64,000 nucleotides of DNA. Origin: Podarcis cretensis (Eukaryota). Every line of letters begins with the position of its first letter. The first letter of the stretch is position 1. This document shows, in pieces, positions 46,435 through 60,408 of this stretch. The stretch spans positions 69,626,001 to 69,690,000 of the forward strand of contig OX638150.1 of the NCBI GenBank assembly GCA_951804945.1, in the 5' to 3' direction. Under the pieces are notes generated by a model, which was not told the origin of the DNA, made no database searches, and saw only the letters and a list, made by a program, of their open reading frames with translations. The translations under genes and the position numbers were made by a program.

Positions 46435-49400
46435 GTGAGCAGAAAGATTAGGGTGTGTTTGGGTGCAAGAGTCAGGGTGGCCATCTATTCAGGGGCTATG
46501 ACTGTTTGGTGTTTATAGGACACTTTTCATTTTCTGAGGCTTGTATGGTTTTCTCCTGTGTTTGCCGTGACATGGGAATACAGAGAGAGAGAGAGAGAGA
46601 TCCATGGCAGAGATGGAAACCAGCCCTCCCACATCTAATGCACCATCTACACTGGCCTAATTCATGTTATACGTGTAGTGCCTCCATGTCTTGCAAGCCT
46701 GCTCTCCTCTAACCTGCTAGCCTTAACTTCTCTGTGTGTTCAGCACGTCCACCCTATTCTGGAGTGGTGTGTGTAGGCGGCAGCATCGGCTTGGAATCAA
46801 TCGGAATGGCTCACGGTGCTTTTGAGTTCCCAGCTTCTTCCTTCCCTCCACCCCTTCCTTGAGCTTACACAGAGCGCAGGCAGCGGTGATGGCTGCAGAG
46901 TCGAAAGTACAGTTTGAAAGGCTGTCCTTGTGCTGGTGGAGGGGGCACAAAGAGCGCTCACATAGGTGTTTGCTTTGTGCTCCAGCGTATAAGAGATCCC
47001 AGCCTCAAACAGATACTACTTGTACATTAAGGCACAATCTAAATACCAATTTCCTCCAGATTAGCCCGAATTCCCTGGGAACACTTTGTGCCAGGGAAGG
47101 GGAAGATTTTTCCATAGTAACCAGCCTGTGAGAGCAAGGTCTTGATAGGGCCTAATTTCCCCTTGGCTGCCCTGGGTGTCTCTGTCATGTGCTTTCCTGC
47201 TTTACAAACCAGGACCAAAGTTCTCCCTTGGGTCTAGTTTAATTTTCCCCCTCCTGATTGTCTAGTCCTTTAAGTAGACGGAACTAAGCGCAGCCAAACA
47301 GCTGTGTATGGATTTGTGTATGATAGGAGTATAGTACAAATACGTTGTTAGACATATATAGCAGGGTTGATGTCGCTTGTACAAGTTGTCTGATCTGGTG
47401 TTTTGTCAAAATAACTACAGTTCTGCTTTGTGGAGCCCTTGCAAGGGAGCCAGACACACAATGCAGGCATTCCACTTGTCAGATAAACCCTGCAATAAAG
47501 GCAACATTTGGAATTTGTGTAGTTTGGTTTTGTTATTTGGCCAATGTGGTCTGCGTTTTTGATGACTGGCCCCTTCCGAGTAATCAAATTTGCTAGGACT
47601 GCTGATCCTTCGGTCTAGCTTTGTACTTTCAGCATCCTCTGGCAGAGTGAGGGTAAAATGCCAAGCCAGGGACTTGGCACCATCCCTCATGCCTGAGAAA
47701 AGGCATTTATCCTGCTATTGGCCCTGCCACCAAACAGATGGGGATATTGTTATTTGTGCCTATGTGCCCCTGCTCCTGCTGTCACCCTGAGCACTGTAAT
47801 GCTCTACCATCACCTACCTGGCTACCTGGGCTTAAGCTTATTGTAGCAGTTGGCATATAGGCTATTCTCTGTATTCTGTTTTCAGAAGGCACCATATATA
47901 CTCAAGAGAAAAAGGTGGGTGATGAAAAGTGGGGGTGATGTTCTGGACAGGGGCTTCAAATGCCTATCCTATGTATTAGCACTTGAAATTCCTTGAAGTC
48001 AATTTGGCCGGGTGTTTTTCCCAGGTGTTAGTATTTAGATTCCCTTAAGCGCTCTTCAGATACTACTCTGTGAAGGAAGGAAGCATTGTGAAAGTGGCTA
48101 CAGGGTTGCATGTTTAGCCCCATCCCTAAAGTTTTGTGGTTTCTCTTGCCATGCTGAGCCGTAAACTTCTGAAGTGGGGAGCCTGTTTGGCATGTGAGGC
48201 TTCCCATGTGACCTAGAACCCCATGGTCCAAGGGCAGGCTCCCCCCACTTCTGATGTTTATCCCCTGGGATAGGAGGAGCTGTGTCACACAGGAGGCAGG
48301 GCTAAACATACAACCTTTAGAAGACACATTTAGCATATCTTCACCCTTTGTGCAAGTTATACCTGCGGAACTGGGAGGCTCCATATTTGTTCGTGATTTT
48401 TCTCATGGGGGCAAGAGGCCCACCAAACTGTTTAGAAGGATGCAGACCCTTCAGTGAATTAAAGTGAGCTATTCTCAAGTGCGATTTTGACAAAGGGTAG
48501 AGAAACGATGGTATCTTCGCCATCGGGTCCTCCAGTTGGAAATCTTTTCCAGATTTGTTCAGGATGCAAACTTTGTTGTTTGAACACTCTTCGCCCTCTG
48601 AAATGCTACTCTGGAAACAGCCTCTGTTTGCTCTATGGGTCTCTTAAAAGACTCCTAATCAAATGGGCTCTGTATCTATTTAAAGCTCTCCTAAAGGTGG
48701 GGGCTTGCTTCCCTTCCAATCAGAATGGTTTTCTCGGTCTGAAGCCATATTCGTAGAAAACTCTTAAATTACCCTTGGCAATTACATTAAGTGCTTCGGT
48801 AGTAAAGAACAGCTGTGGGGAACATATCCCCCCCCCCCGTCTCTGCACAGGAGCATATTCTCAGGGTCAGTGATGAAGGCAAGCAAGCGAGATGTCCACT
48901 CCAGGTAGTAACATTCACAAGGTTGCATTAGTTGCTGATTCAAAGCCTCCCAGTCCTGGTTGTGCAAGAGTTTCCCTAAATTGGAGATAGATGTGTCTAT
49001 GGAGTCCCCCTGCACATACCATTTTTTTCTTAGAAGTTTCCAAGTAGCATCTAACCCAGCTGCCATCTGAAGCTGCCCGGTATGGCTGTTTGTTTGTTTT
49101 AAAATGAAGAAGCTCCAAGGTTCAGGATGGAAAGAAGAATCTTTGCTGTCCACGATTTGCAGGGTTACCTAGGCCTCTGATGCTGCTGGAGGGACAGTGA
49201 TGGTGGATGTAAAGTAAGAAAGAGCCAGTTCTATGATAACAGCATTCTCATGGCTGTCTCTGCTGGTTGGCAGCATTTTCCTATCAGGGTACCCCACCCA
49301 CCTCCCAGCCAGAGTTCTGTCCCAGAGCATCATGAAGGGAGGCCAGCATTCATCAGCTGGGAAGACCTAGCATCAGTCAAACTTGGGAGAATGGGTCTGG

Positions 49401-51491
49401 TTTGTGACTGAGCTGGTTCGAGGCATTGTGGGGAGGGGTGGGGAGAAGGGGGAGCTGGCAGGGCTCCCACGCAACCCAGGCTAACTTTGGAGAAGGAGGA
49501 TGGGTCACCAAAGCAATTATAGTTCAAATCCAGGTTAGACAAACAGGGAGGTGGGAAGTTGTGGAGTCAGCTGAGTGTGAAACCTCTCACTCCCACTCAT
49601 GCCATGGGGAGGGAAGGCCTTTTGTGTTGAGCATGAGAGAAGCGAGCAGGAGGAATGGAGCTAAATGAAAAGGGGAGAGGGGAAATGAGTCTCCTGTTGG
49701 CGAAGAGGGTGGAGGGGAGGCTGCTTATCTCATTCCCATCCTTCCGGCTCCCCCCCCTCACATGACCGTTCGCCCAATCCTGCAAAGGCAGAGCCCCGTC
49801 TGCTGAAAGGGGGACTGGCCCCTATTGTAAGTCGGGGCAGAGAGAGCACGGGAAAGGAGCAGTATGGCTGGGACAATGGTGATTGGGGGAGAGGGGCTCT
49901 GGGGGGGGGAGGGGCAGCGGTCGCGGGCTTCCTGACATGTTCATTTTGGAATCTGTCAAAACAGTCACTCTGGGCGCTGAGAGTGACCACTCAATCGAGG
50001 GCCCCCACAGAGAGAGAAGGGGCGGGGTGGCATGTGGTGCCGGGGGAGAGAGGGAGAGCTAAGCAGAGAAGTCATGCGTCAGTGTCCGCCAGGATCCTTT
50101 CTCCTGTCCAGGACTGGCAGGAGAGGGGCTTTGATGACATCATTGCTCCACAGAACAAGAGGCAAAGGAGGGGGCGCTGGACAAAGGGGCTTGTGAGCTG
50201 GGCTCAGAGGATCCCCAGGAAGGTGGCAGGTGGGGGGGGGGAGCACACATTGTGACTGCATTTCCCCTCAAACTGTAGTCCATACTTTTAGCGATTTCTA
50301 CTTAGTCCTTAGAAATCCCACTCATTCTTTCTCTGTCTCGGTCTTAAGCAGTCGCTTGCCGCCAACACCCTGTGAGCACCAGCCCCAAATATATCGCTTC
50401 CTCTGCCCAAATCAACATTTATAGAATCTGCATACAATCACTGGCTTTTGTACACCTGGCATCCTATGTTCAACCAGTCACAAAATATTTCTAGCACAAG
50501 CTAAAATCCCCCTAAAATTGGAGTGTTTCCCCACAGAGTCAGTAGTGGTCAGGGATGAAACAGGAGAATCTTCCTCTGCGCCCCTGCCCCACTTTTAATG
50601 GTTTTTGGTAAATTTGGTGTTCTAGAGGTTCCCGAATAAAATTGCAAGTTTTTCAGAAATCTTGAAGCCGTGTGCATATTGTGGGGGAGGGAGAGTTGGA
50701 TCTTTCTTTGGGAGGAACTGAAATTTAGGGGGAAATTGAAGGGTATGTGATACTTTAATATTGAGCCTAACCACCAAGGATCAAGGGTGCAATACAGTAC
50801 ACACTTACCTGGGAGTAAATCCCATTGAACTCATTGGGACTTACTTCTGAGTAGACATGAATAGGACTGTGGTGTAAGGATGTAAAATATATTGTATATA
50901 CCTTGCTATGAAAAATACTGCTGTTTGGTACATATATGAAATGCCTTGGCAATAACAGTATTATTTATAGGTTACAGCTCTCATTGGCAGTTGTTGCACC
51001 CCAAGTACATTATATCTTTTTGTCAGTTGGGAAAATAGGAAAAGTTGTTAATGGATGACATCAACATTTGAGCAAATGAAAAATAGATTTTATTATCTGG
51101 ACTTTCGAGCAATATCTAGACGTTATCATGCAGAAACGGAACTAACTCATATTTCTAGAGAACACAAACACCCGTAACATGCAGTTTGAGGACTAGCAAT
51201 ATATTTGGATAGACACATTCTGCAATTTCCAGAATACTGAAGAAGTTAATGTTATTTCATTATCATACACAATTGTTTGCACATTTACCTGGGAGTAAGT
51301 CCCTTTGAACTTACTTGTGACTGAATAAATATGTACAGGGCTGTGTTAAAAGAGTCATAGTCACTGTAGATAAAAAGTTGTCCTTATTTATTAGTTTCCA
51401 TCCCAGTTCATAACATATCATTGATGACAACTTAACTTCATCTCTCTAAGCAGAATCAATGTCTGAACGATCCATATTCTGATCTTACTTT

Positions 51492-53025
51492 AATAATAAT
51501 AATATAATAATAATTTTTATTTATACCCCACCCTCCCCAGCCAAGGCTGGGCTCAGAGCGGCTTACAAGCAATAATAAAAACAAGTTAAATGATTACAAC
51601 TTAAAAACAAAATTAAAAAATACAACATTAAAATACTGAAACATTAAAATATTAAAATGTAGCCTCATCGCAGAAGGAGAAGGAAAAGAAAAAAGAAAGA
51701 GAGGGAGGGAATCAAATTGGCTCCAAGCCAAAGGGCCCGGGACCACAGGCGGAACAACTCTGTCTTACAGGCCCTGCGGAAAGAAATCAGATGCTGCAGG
51801 GCCCTGGTCTCGTGAGGCAGAGCGTTCCACCAGACCGGAGCCAGAGTTGAGAAGGCCCTGGCTCTGGTTGAAGCTAATCTAACTTCCTTAGGGCCCGGGA
51901 CCACAAGGGTGTTGCTATTTATGGACCTTGAGGCTCTCCGTGGGGCATACCGGGAGAGGCGGTCCCGTAGGTACGAGGGTCCTAGGCCGTGAAGGGCTTT
52001 AAAGGTCAAAAGCAGCACCTTAAATCTGATCCTGTACTCCACCGGGAGCCAGTGCAGCTTGAAAAGCACTGGGTGAATATGCTCCCATGGCAGGGACCCC
52101 GTGAGGAGTCTCGCTGCAGCATTCTGCACCCGCTGGAGTTTCTGGGACAGCTTCAAGGGCAGCCCCGCATAGAGCGAATTACAGTAGTCAAGCCTGGAGA
52201 TGACCGTCGCATGGATCACTGTGGCCAGGCCGGGGCGGGAAAGGTAAGGGACCAACTGCTTGATGCGGCGAAGGTGGAAAAATGTCGCCTTGGCTGTTGC
52301 TGTAACTTGCGCCTCCATGGAAAGGGAGGCGTCAAGGATTACACCCAAACTCTTAACGGAAGGCAATGGCACTAATTGGGCCCCCGCAAGAGAAGGGAGT
52401 TGGTCCCTCATCCCCATGCCATCCCGACCCAGCCATACGACCTCTGTCTTCGAAGGATTTAGTTTCAATCGGCTCCCATGAAACCATCCAGCCACAGCTT
52501 CCAAGCATCTGGTCAGTGTGTTCGGGGCCGAGTCTGTGTGGCCATCCATCAGCAGATAGAGCTGAGTGTCATCAGCATATTGGTGACAGCCCAGCCCAAA
52601 GCTCCGGATAATCTGGGCAAGGGGGCGCATAAAGATGATAAAAAGCATCGGGGAGAGAATTGCGCCCTGCGGCACTCCACACACCAAGGAGTGGCACGAC
52701 GACATTTCCCTCCCTAGTGCCACCCTCTGTCCCCGACCAGAGATAAAAGAGCACAACCAGTTATGGGCTATGCCCTGTATCCCCACGTCTGCGAGGCGGT
52801 GGTCCAGAAGATCATGATCGACCATGTCAAAGGCTGCTGACAAATCTAAAAGGATCAGCAGTCCTGACCCGCCTCGATCCAGCTGTCTACGGAGATCGTC
52901 TGTTAGGGCAACCAGAGCCGTCTCGGTCCCAAAACCAGGACGGAAACTGGACTGAAATGGATCTAAAGCCAATGTTTCCTCCAGAAACCTACCAAGCTGT
53001 TCAGGAACCACTCTCTCAATTAATT
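51492..53025 (-). mobile_element. Young 5'-truncated L2-clade LINE in FGFR4 intron 2 (antisense), RT frame open
   Basis: ORF 51665..53140 contains FQSSFRPGFGTETAL, LLDLSAAFD, GVPQGAILSP, YADDTQLY, LQRVQNAAARL; 3' UTR ends in a (TTA)n-like tail at ~51492. The first ~38 aa of the ORF are flanking sequence. Confidence 0.92.
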
Positions 53026-54336
53026 TGAGTGTCATATTCAGAAAACAGAAAAATTGCAGGAATTGAAGCGAAAAGCTCGACACAGTTTTGCTGCTAGTTC
53101 TGTGTGTATTTCCACATACAAACAGCAGTTTATTTCCCAATGTAGAAGATACAGAAATCTGAAGCAGGAAACATCAGATACTTTGTTGTGCAAATGCCTC
53201 GCCACCATGTTGCAGAAGCGATGGGCTCCATAGGTTCCCAGATTGCCCTCCTGCATCAAATACCTGATCACGTTCTGTTTTGTGAAGCATTTGAGAGTTT
53301 GAACTTACAGTGTTGCTTCTTTAGTAATTCAGTCGAAAGTGGCACCACTCCTTTAAAATCTTGGATCTAATAATTCTGCCTGTGTAACAATTTTAAAACA
53401 CAGGTTTGAGAAGTGTTTCACTTTGCATGTTGAAGGTGAAAATATTCCACATAGAGCTCCCCTGCCCAAATCACTAATATTTCTAGTTGAGGCAAAGTCC
53501 AATTTCCCCTCCCCCCCTTACTCCAGACCTTCCCATTTCTGCTCCAGAGCAAGCTGCTCTCCTGTTGATCAGGTCTGCTTAGTGCACAGACACTCCCAAA
53601 TTGGATCAGCTTCCAAGTGCTAGCCCACTATGGGAACACTGAAGATCCGCCTGTAAGGGGCTTGACCGACTTGTGTTCTGAGAACAAGTGAGACAGCAAA
53701 AGTTATGGGCATACTGGCAACTCTCTGTTTCCACGGGGGGGTTGAATTCCTGGTGCCTGCGTACATAGGCAGAGCGAGCATAAGCCTGCCCCACTCTGTT
53801 GTGCCCCATTGTGCCCCATTTCCAGGCCACTTCCGGGTCTGCGGCGATGAGTGTGCGCACGGTCACACATCAATCGGACGCACGTAAAATGGTTGCTGCC
53901 ATGTATATGCAGAGTACTTTCCTCTCCCAAATGAAAAAACCAATCCTGTTCCATGTGGGAAAGCTTGATGAAGCTTCCAGGTCAGAGGATGGAGAATTCA
54001 GGCAGCCTTGAGCTCTGGCATTTGCCCTTGGGGTGGCACAGTTGGTGGCTGGTTGTTCTTGTGCACAGGACAACCAGAAGCCTGTGAGACCAACCCATTC
54101 AACCATCTCCTAGAGGGTCACTCTTCTCATGCTCCAACACTTTCAAGCATGCCTTCTGGTGGTCGAGGGAGGAAATGGGGGTTATATGTTGGTGTCTTCT
54201 AGCATCTGTCTGGGGTAAAGGGAGTCCCTACTTATCCCATATTCCAGAGCATTTGAGTTACGGGTGTTAAACATGTGCTGTTTCTAAAGTGAGCTCACAC
54301 TGTCATTTGCACTGACCCTCTTTTTGCGTTGGACAG

Positions 54337-54603
54337 AGATGCTTGACAGCCACATGCTGGAGACGGAGGAGGAGCACCTGCTACTGGACCCGGGGAGTCT
54401 GCTGAAGCTCTACTGCAGCACCAACCACAGCCTTGCGATCATATGGTATAAGGAAGCCAAGCAGCTTTTCCCAAGCGGGCGCATCCACATGCGGCAGAGC
54501 ATGCTGGAGATTGTGGAAGCCACCTATGAAGATTCGGGCCTGTACACCTGCCGAGCGCAGAGCACCGGGGAAAGCCTGCGCAACTTCACCATCTCTGTTG
54601 TGG
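54337..54603 (+). CDS. FGFR4: FGFR4 exon 3 (Ig-like domain I)
   Basis: AG/GT boundaries, 267 nt, phase 1-1; EEEHLLLDPGSLLKLYC...EDSGLYTC...NFTISVV, as in sauropsid FGFR4. Confidence 0.96.
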
Positions 54604-55439
54604 GTAAGAGATGTTCCGGCCTCTCTTCAGAACGGTGGCAACCCTTTTCTTTTTGTTTGAGGGAAGGCTGTATGGCACATGTTTGCTCAGTAATGTTTCT
54701 GCTCCTCAGGGCAAAGATCTCTCCTCCTAGTCCAATGTGGAATGGAAAAATGAGAAGCGGTGTCAGTGGAGGAAGGTCTTAAGAGCTGAGGAAACAGCTC
54801 TATGACATTCTTGCCATGTCAGCACCCCAAGGGGAGAAGAGGTCCCTTTTTAAGAGTAAGAAGGGGACGGAAGTGTTAGGGACACCCAGAAACAACCCAA
54901 ACGGCTAGCAAAGACTAGTGCGTAAGAGAAGTAAGCAGCAAACAGAGGTGGGTTTTAAAAAATAAAATAAAAAGGGCAAAAAGTCTTAGGGGACCACTTG
55001 GAAACATTTCTGGGGCTTGACATGATCCACAACTCGCAGGTCAGCCACCCTTGGTTCATAGTGACTGGCAGTGGGTCTCCAGAGTCCATCCTCGCCTAAC
55101 TTGGAGATGCCAGAGAACCAGGGACCTTTGGCATTCAAAGCATCTGCTCTGCTACAGCTCCTAGTCAACACAGACTTTGCCACACGTGCCTCGCATGTCC
55201 CCTGGTCAAAGGAACAAGAATTTATTTAACTTGGCGCTCCTCCTAAAGGACACTACAATATGAGCCTTGGTTTTCACAATGAAACTAGACGGTTGCCTGG
55301 AACAGCTGGTAGATCTCAGATTACACCCCTTCTGTGAAGGTTGCGCGAGCTGCTTAATCACTTCCGGGCCTGTTCAAGGTTTTGTCTTCAACATGTAAAG
55401 CCCCAAATGACTTTGGTTTAAAAAAACAAAACAAAACCC

Positions 55440-55805
55440 TGATAGATTGCCTCCTCCTTTGTACTCTGCCCTGGGATTTAAGATCAGCAGGAGAGGCCCC
55501 AGTGGTGGTCTGCTGACACCCTCAGAGGTCCAGGGGACAGTGTCACATGAGAAGGCCTTTTTTGTGGTGGCCCCCAAACTCTCTGCCTCCTGATGTACTC
55601 CTGATATCAACGCTGGGGTTTTATGCAGGCTTTTGGAAATGTGCACGGTGATTACTTTCTGTATAGGCTTTTATTGTTTGGTGGTGGTTTAATTTTTTGC
55701 TATTGATTGCATTTTACTGTTTGTATTGCGTTGTCCACCTGCCCAGGGACCTTTGGTGAAGGGCGCGTAATTAAATGTACTAAATAAAGAATAAGCAAAC
55801 AAATG
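55440..55805 (+). mobile_element. L2-like LINE 3' fragment in intron 3
   Basis: GAAGGCCTTTTTTGTGGTGGCCCC block and (TAAA)n-like tail. Confidence 0.5.
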
Positions 55806-56018
55806 AGCTAGAACTGTAGCAGCCAACAGTGTTTGTCCTCCTCTCCCCCCAGTCACCTTTGAACACACTCCAGTTAGCATTTTGCCTGCTACTCTACACT
55901 CCTGCTAAGAAAATGCTGGTCCACTGTAGTCAGGTGCTCCCTTGATAACTGCCACTTGTTCAGTGCCCTATGGTTATTTAAGAAGCAAGACTACAAAGAA
56001 TTACCATTTTGTTTTCAG

Positions 56019-56108
56019 ATTCATTGGCATCTGGTGATGACGATGAAGACAGCGGTGTGGAGAGTGCCCATGCCGATTCCCTTGAGGAGCCCATACATAC
56101 CCGGCGAG
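56019..56108 (+). CDS. FGFR4: FGFR4 exon 4 (acid box)
   Basis: TTTTCAG|...G|GTCAGT; DSLASGDDDEDSG...EEPIHTRR; 90 nt. Confidence 0.96.
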
Positions 56109-56558
56109 GTCAGTATGCCTCCTTGGCTGTGCTTCACTCAGTTCTGGGTGCTGCTGCATGCTGGGAGAGGGAACTGGGTGAAGAAGGGGTGCTTAGTAAG
56201 TACATGGACTCACGGTGGCCAGACATCTTCCTTTCTTACTTCCCAAGCCTCCTCTGCTGTCGATGTGTCCCCAAATTGTTGCCTGCAAACTAGGGAGCTC
56301 TGCTTGAGCTTGGCGCATATCCCAAAGCACACTCATTTCTTGTGGAACGTTGCGGTTCCTCAGTGGAAGGATTGCTGTTGTGCATTTTGGCACATCCCTA
56401 GGTCCCTATGAGACACCTGCTCTCCCCTTGAACTCTCCCATATCCCATTGGCATATCCTTTCTCTGAGAGCAATCCAGGGTTTGCTGCCACCATCAGGTG
56501 TGAGCCTCCCCTGAGCCTGAATTAAAAGCTGGAGCTAATAGTGTGATGCCTTTTTCAG

Positions 56559-56725
56559 CACCTTACTGGACGCACCCTCACCGAATGGACAAGAAGCTGT
56601 ATGCAGTCCCAGCAGGGAACACAGTCAAGTTCCGCTGCCCAGCCTCTGGGAGCCCCAACCCGACAATCCGCTGGCTGAAGAATGGGAGGGAATTCCGAGG
56701 GGAGCACCGGATTGGAGGGATCAGG
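56559..56725 (+). CDS. FGFR4: FGFR4 exon 5 (Ig II, first half)
   Basis: [29 protein letters not shown]...HRIGGIR; donor GTAAGT; 167 nt. Confidence 0.97.
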
Positions 56726-56846
56726 GTAAGTGCCCAGCCCCTTAGAGATTTGCCATCTCTCCCCTTGCCCTCCTTTCCCTTTTCATCCACCTGGCTGGGA
56801 CCGCAGCTGCCTTGCCCACCAGGTTTTTATGAGTTAGGATTTGAGG

Positions 56847-56847
<1 letters not shown>

Positions 56848-56896
<49 letters not shown>
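56848..56896. repeat. Compound (GT)n(GA)n microsatellite in intron 5
   Basis: Direct reading. Confidence 0.95.
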
Positions 56897-56901
<5 letters not shown>

Positions 56902-57609
56902 CAAGGGAATATGCTATAAGGAATCCACAATATTGCACAAGCCACTCAGCAGAGAACCAAGGGTCACCTCTGTGAGTTTGGGGAATTCAGCCTGCTGTCC
57001 AAAGACTCCAGGACCCTCTTCAGGACTTGCTGTGCCCCTGATCCCCTTTTGCTCTGGCTGCCCTAGCCTTGCCAGATCAATATATTAATTTGCAAAAGTT
57101 TGCTTCCATCAAAAGAGCAGCTGCTAGACATTTCCACCTCTTTTGCCTGCATTTCTCCTCTTTCTGCTCCCTAGCTCAATTCAGTGCATTGTTAAAAAAG
57201 GTCAGCCTATGGACGTGCCCCATTCCTTAACAATGGAGCATGAACACATAATGCAAACACCATTGTTAAAATATCTACACCGGCTGCCCATTTGCTACTG
57301 AGCCAGGTTCAAGGTTGATTGGTATTAATCTACAAAGCCCTGAAGAACGTAGGTCCAGGGCACCTTAGGGGCTGCTGGAACCCTTGTATGCCAGCACAAT
57401 CACTGAGATAAGCTGCAGGAGTTTTGTTAGTTGTCCCTTGCACTGGCAAGGCTCATTTGACACCAACATGAAAAAGAGCCTTTAGTGTCAACAGCCCAGG
57501 CCTGTGGAGTGTTCTGCCAACAGATTCAGCAGGCAGCTTCTGCCTCGACCTTTAAACACCTGTGGGAAACTTTTTTATTCTGCCATGATTATGCAGGCAA
57601 TTCAGAATA

Positions 57610-57833
57610 CAGTCGTACCTTAGAAGTCAAACGGAATCTGTTCCAAAAGTCCGTTTGACTTCCAAAATGTCCAGAAACCAAAGCGCAGCTTCTAATTGGC
57701 TGCAGAAAGTTCCTGCAGCCGATCAGAAGCCCTGTCGGACATTTGGGTTTCAAAGAACGTTCACAAACCGGAACATTCATTTGGGAGCCAAAATGTCTGA
57801 GTACCAAGGCGTTCAGAATCCAAGGTATGACTG
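57610..57833. mobile_element. Tc1/mariner-pogo-type MITE with TA TSD, inserted in an L2 3' remnant (~57280-57960)
   Basis: TA|CAGTCGTACCTT ... AAGGTATGACTG|TA. Confidence 0.75.
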
Positions 57834-58157
57834 TACATCTTTTCACAACAGTTAGCTGATGGTCTCTGTTTTTTAAATTGTTACATGTTTTTTAATATAT
57901 AGATACTAAACAGCTTTGATATGTTACTATGATACACCAGTATATAAATAGTTTTGTAAATGAAGAAATATTTGCTGGCCTTAGTATATAGCTCAAAGGA
58001 TTTGTGTCTTTTGTTCCCTTTTCTTGCGAGGAATCCTATTCGGAATAAGGGAATTACCCTTTAAAAAAGGGAAACGTTGACAGCTATGGCCCTGATGGAC
58101 AGCCCTTTTAAAAGAAGGTGATAATATTGGCTTCTGCCTTTTCCTCTTTCCACCCAG

Positions 58158-58281
58158 CTAAGGCATCAACACTGGAGCTTGGTCATGGAGAGTGTGGTGC
58201 CTTCGGACCGAGGCAACTACACTTGCCTGGTGGAGAACAAGTTTGGCAGCATCCGCTACAGCTACTTCCTGGATGTGCTAG
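58158..58281 (+). CDS. FGFR4: FGFR4 exon 6 (Ig II, second half)
   Basis: [41 protein letters not shown]; 124 nt; canonical splice sites. Confidence 0.97.
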
Positions 58282-59104
58282 GTGAGGTGGCCTTCTCCCT
58301 GCCATACTGCTCCAAATCTAGATATGTGGACCCCCCTCTGCAGCAACATGTGAAAAAAAGACAAGGAAAGTGGGCTGCCCCCCCCCCACTCCCCCACCTT
58401 CAGCCTGAAAAGCTCCTTACTCCTTTGCCGATGAGTGCTTCTGAGTCTGTGTGGGATGCCAGACCCCAGTTCCCTGGCAGCCTGCCAGGTTCCTGTGGGA
58501 AGGAACAAGGCTCGCCACCCTGACCTCAGGCACCCCCAAAGAGAAGGAAAATGCCCCGAACCCGCTTTTGACTTCAAAGGGAGTTGGAGATCTCCCAGGC
58601 CATAAAGTCAGATGAAATTAATTAGCCCTGCCTAGATCTATAGGACTAGCTCTAAGCCTTTTGCTCCCTTATCTCTCAGCCCCTCATTATCTGTCTTCTC
58701 TGGGCTTACTTGTAATCACCGGAAAGAGGCTCTGGAGCCAGTCATGGGTGGGAGTTCAGCCCATGGCATTAAGTAATATCAGATCTGCTGGGCTGGAAGG
58801 AGATGGCGGGCAGTGGGGGGGTGGGGGGGTGGGAGAGAGACATTCAGATCCCACCAGGCCTTTAGGCGGGACTGCATATACTGCTGTACTAGGGAGCTTT
58901 GAGAAGAAAGTGCTGCGCTTTGATAGATGGGGTAACTCCCTGACAGTTGGCTGCGCCTCTGCACTCCCGGATGGCTGTGATAGCACTATCAGCTCCGTGT
59001 GCAGTGATTTATGTGCTGTAGAGCATGACCTTAGCTCCTCTGGGGGGGACCTGGCAGTCTTCAGCTGTGCTGGACAACAACTTTCCCTGCTCTCTTCCTG
59101 GCAG

Positions 59105-59295
59105 AGAGATCTCCGCACAGGCCTATCTTGCAAGCCGGGCTGCCGGCCAACACCACCGCAGTGGTGGGCAGCGACGTTGAGTTCTTCTGCAAGGTTTACA
59201 GCGACGCCCAGCCCCACATACAGTGGCTCAAGCACATTGAAGTGAATGGCAGCAGCTACGGCCCAGATGGAGTCCCCTATGTGCAAGTGCTTAAG
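59105..59295 (+). CDS. FGFR4: FGFR4 exon 7 (Ig IIIa)
   Basis: [18 protein letters not shown]...[31 protein letters not shown]; 191 nt. Confidence 0.97.
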
Positions 59296-60269
59296 GTAAC
59301 CAGAGGCCCCCCCCCTTTATTTTTTGCAGAGATTTTCATTGCCAGAAAGGTCGCTTTTCCCCACACTGTTAGGCAAACAACAGAGGTTACGGAGTGGGGG
59401 GGAGCAGGGGCTGGATAGGAAGTGGCACCTTTCAGTGGACTAGATTTAGACCAGGGGCCCCTAGTTGCTGACCCCTCGTCTGTGGAGCCAAGGGCATATA
59501 TAGCCTATTACCCATATTAAGAATTGCACATGTTGCAATATGCGCCTAAGCTAACATTTTCAAACCAAATGTTTATCTTAAAAGAAGGCTTTTACAAGAG
59601 TGATTGCTGTGTTTATTTGCAAAGAAAGAGAGGAGGTCCAAGACTGGCTGAGATGCTACTTTCAATAGCACTAACTCTGTAAGCTTGGAGCATAGCTTTC
59701 CAAACCTTTCATGTTAGTGACACACTTTTTAGACATGCATCATTATGTGACAAAGTAATTCAGTTTTACAAGCAAACCAGAAATTAAACTAACCCCTTTC
59801 CAGCCCCAGAAGGAACATGGGGAGTGTTTGCACATCACACCTACACACTGCAGTCGAGTGTCGTGACACACAGTTTGGAAAGATGTGGCTTAGAGTATAT
59901 GTCCAGAAAACAAGCAAACACAAAGAGCTGCATCATCAGTCTAGCACTGTCCCAGTTGGGTTGTTTATTCTCACAGCAGAGTTGTTGTGTCTCAAGCCCA
60001 GAGGCTTCATACATGATTTTCTGTAGAAGAGTCGCTTGGAAGCAATAAAACTTAGCAATGGCTGTGGTGCACTTATTTAGGGCATCCTCACCAGAGATTG
60101 GGGTACATGACCATTAATCAGGCATTTATGAGATAAAGATGCACCCTTGAAAGATATATTGGCAGCAAGCAAGATGTTCCCCTTCCAATGAGAAGCTTGA
60201 ATAACCTTTTTGTGTCAACAAGAACTAATGTTTTTCTCCCTGCCTCCCACTGGCAACTTATTTTGGCAG

Positions 60270-60408
60270 ACTGCAGATATTAACAGCTCGGAGGTGGAAG
60301 TGCTGTACCTGCGCAATGTCTCCATGGAAGATGCTGGGGAATATACCTGCCTGGCAGGGAATTCCATTGGCCTGTCATACCAGTCAGCTTGGCTCACTGT
60401 GCTTCCAG
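60270..60408 (+). CDS. FGFR4: FGFR4 exon 8 (Ig IIIc-type; no IIIb alternative seen)
   Basis: [50 protein letters not shown]4-type; 139 nt. Confidence 0.97.

Noticed and set aside
53989-54090. ATG-initiated hydrophobic stretch upstream of exon 3 as an alternative signal-peptide exon
   Set aside because: Hits TGA with no usable donor; the exon at 46294-46434 has the right phase, length and splice sites.
59296-60269. Alternative IIIb exon in intron 7
   Set aside because: No Ig half-domain (DxGxYxC) sequence found; consistent with FGFR4 lacking IIIb/IIIc splicing.
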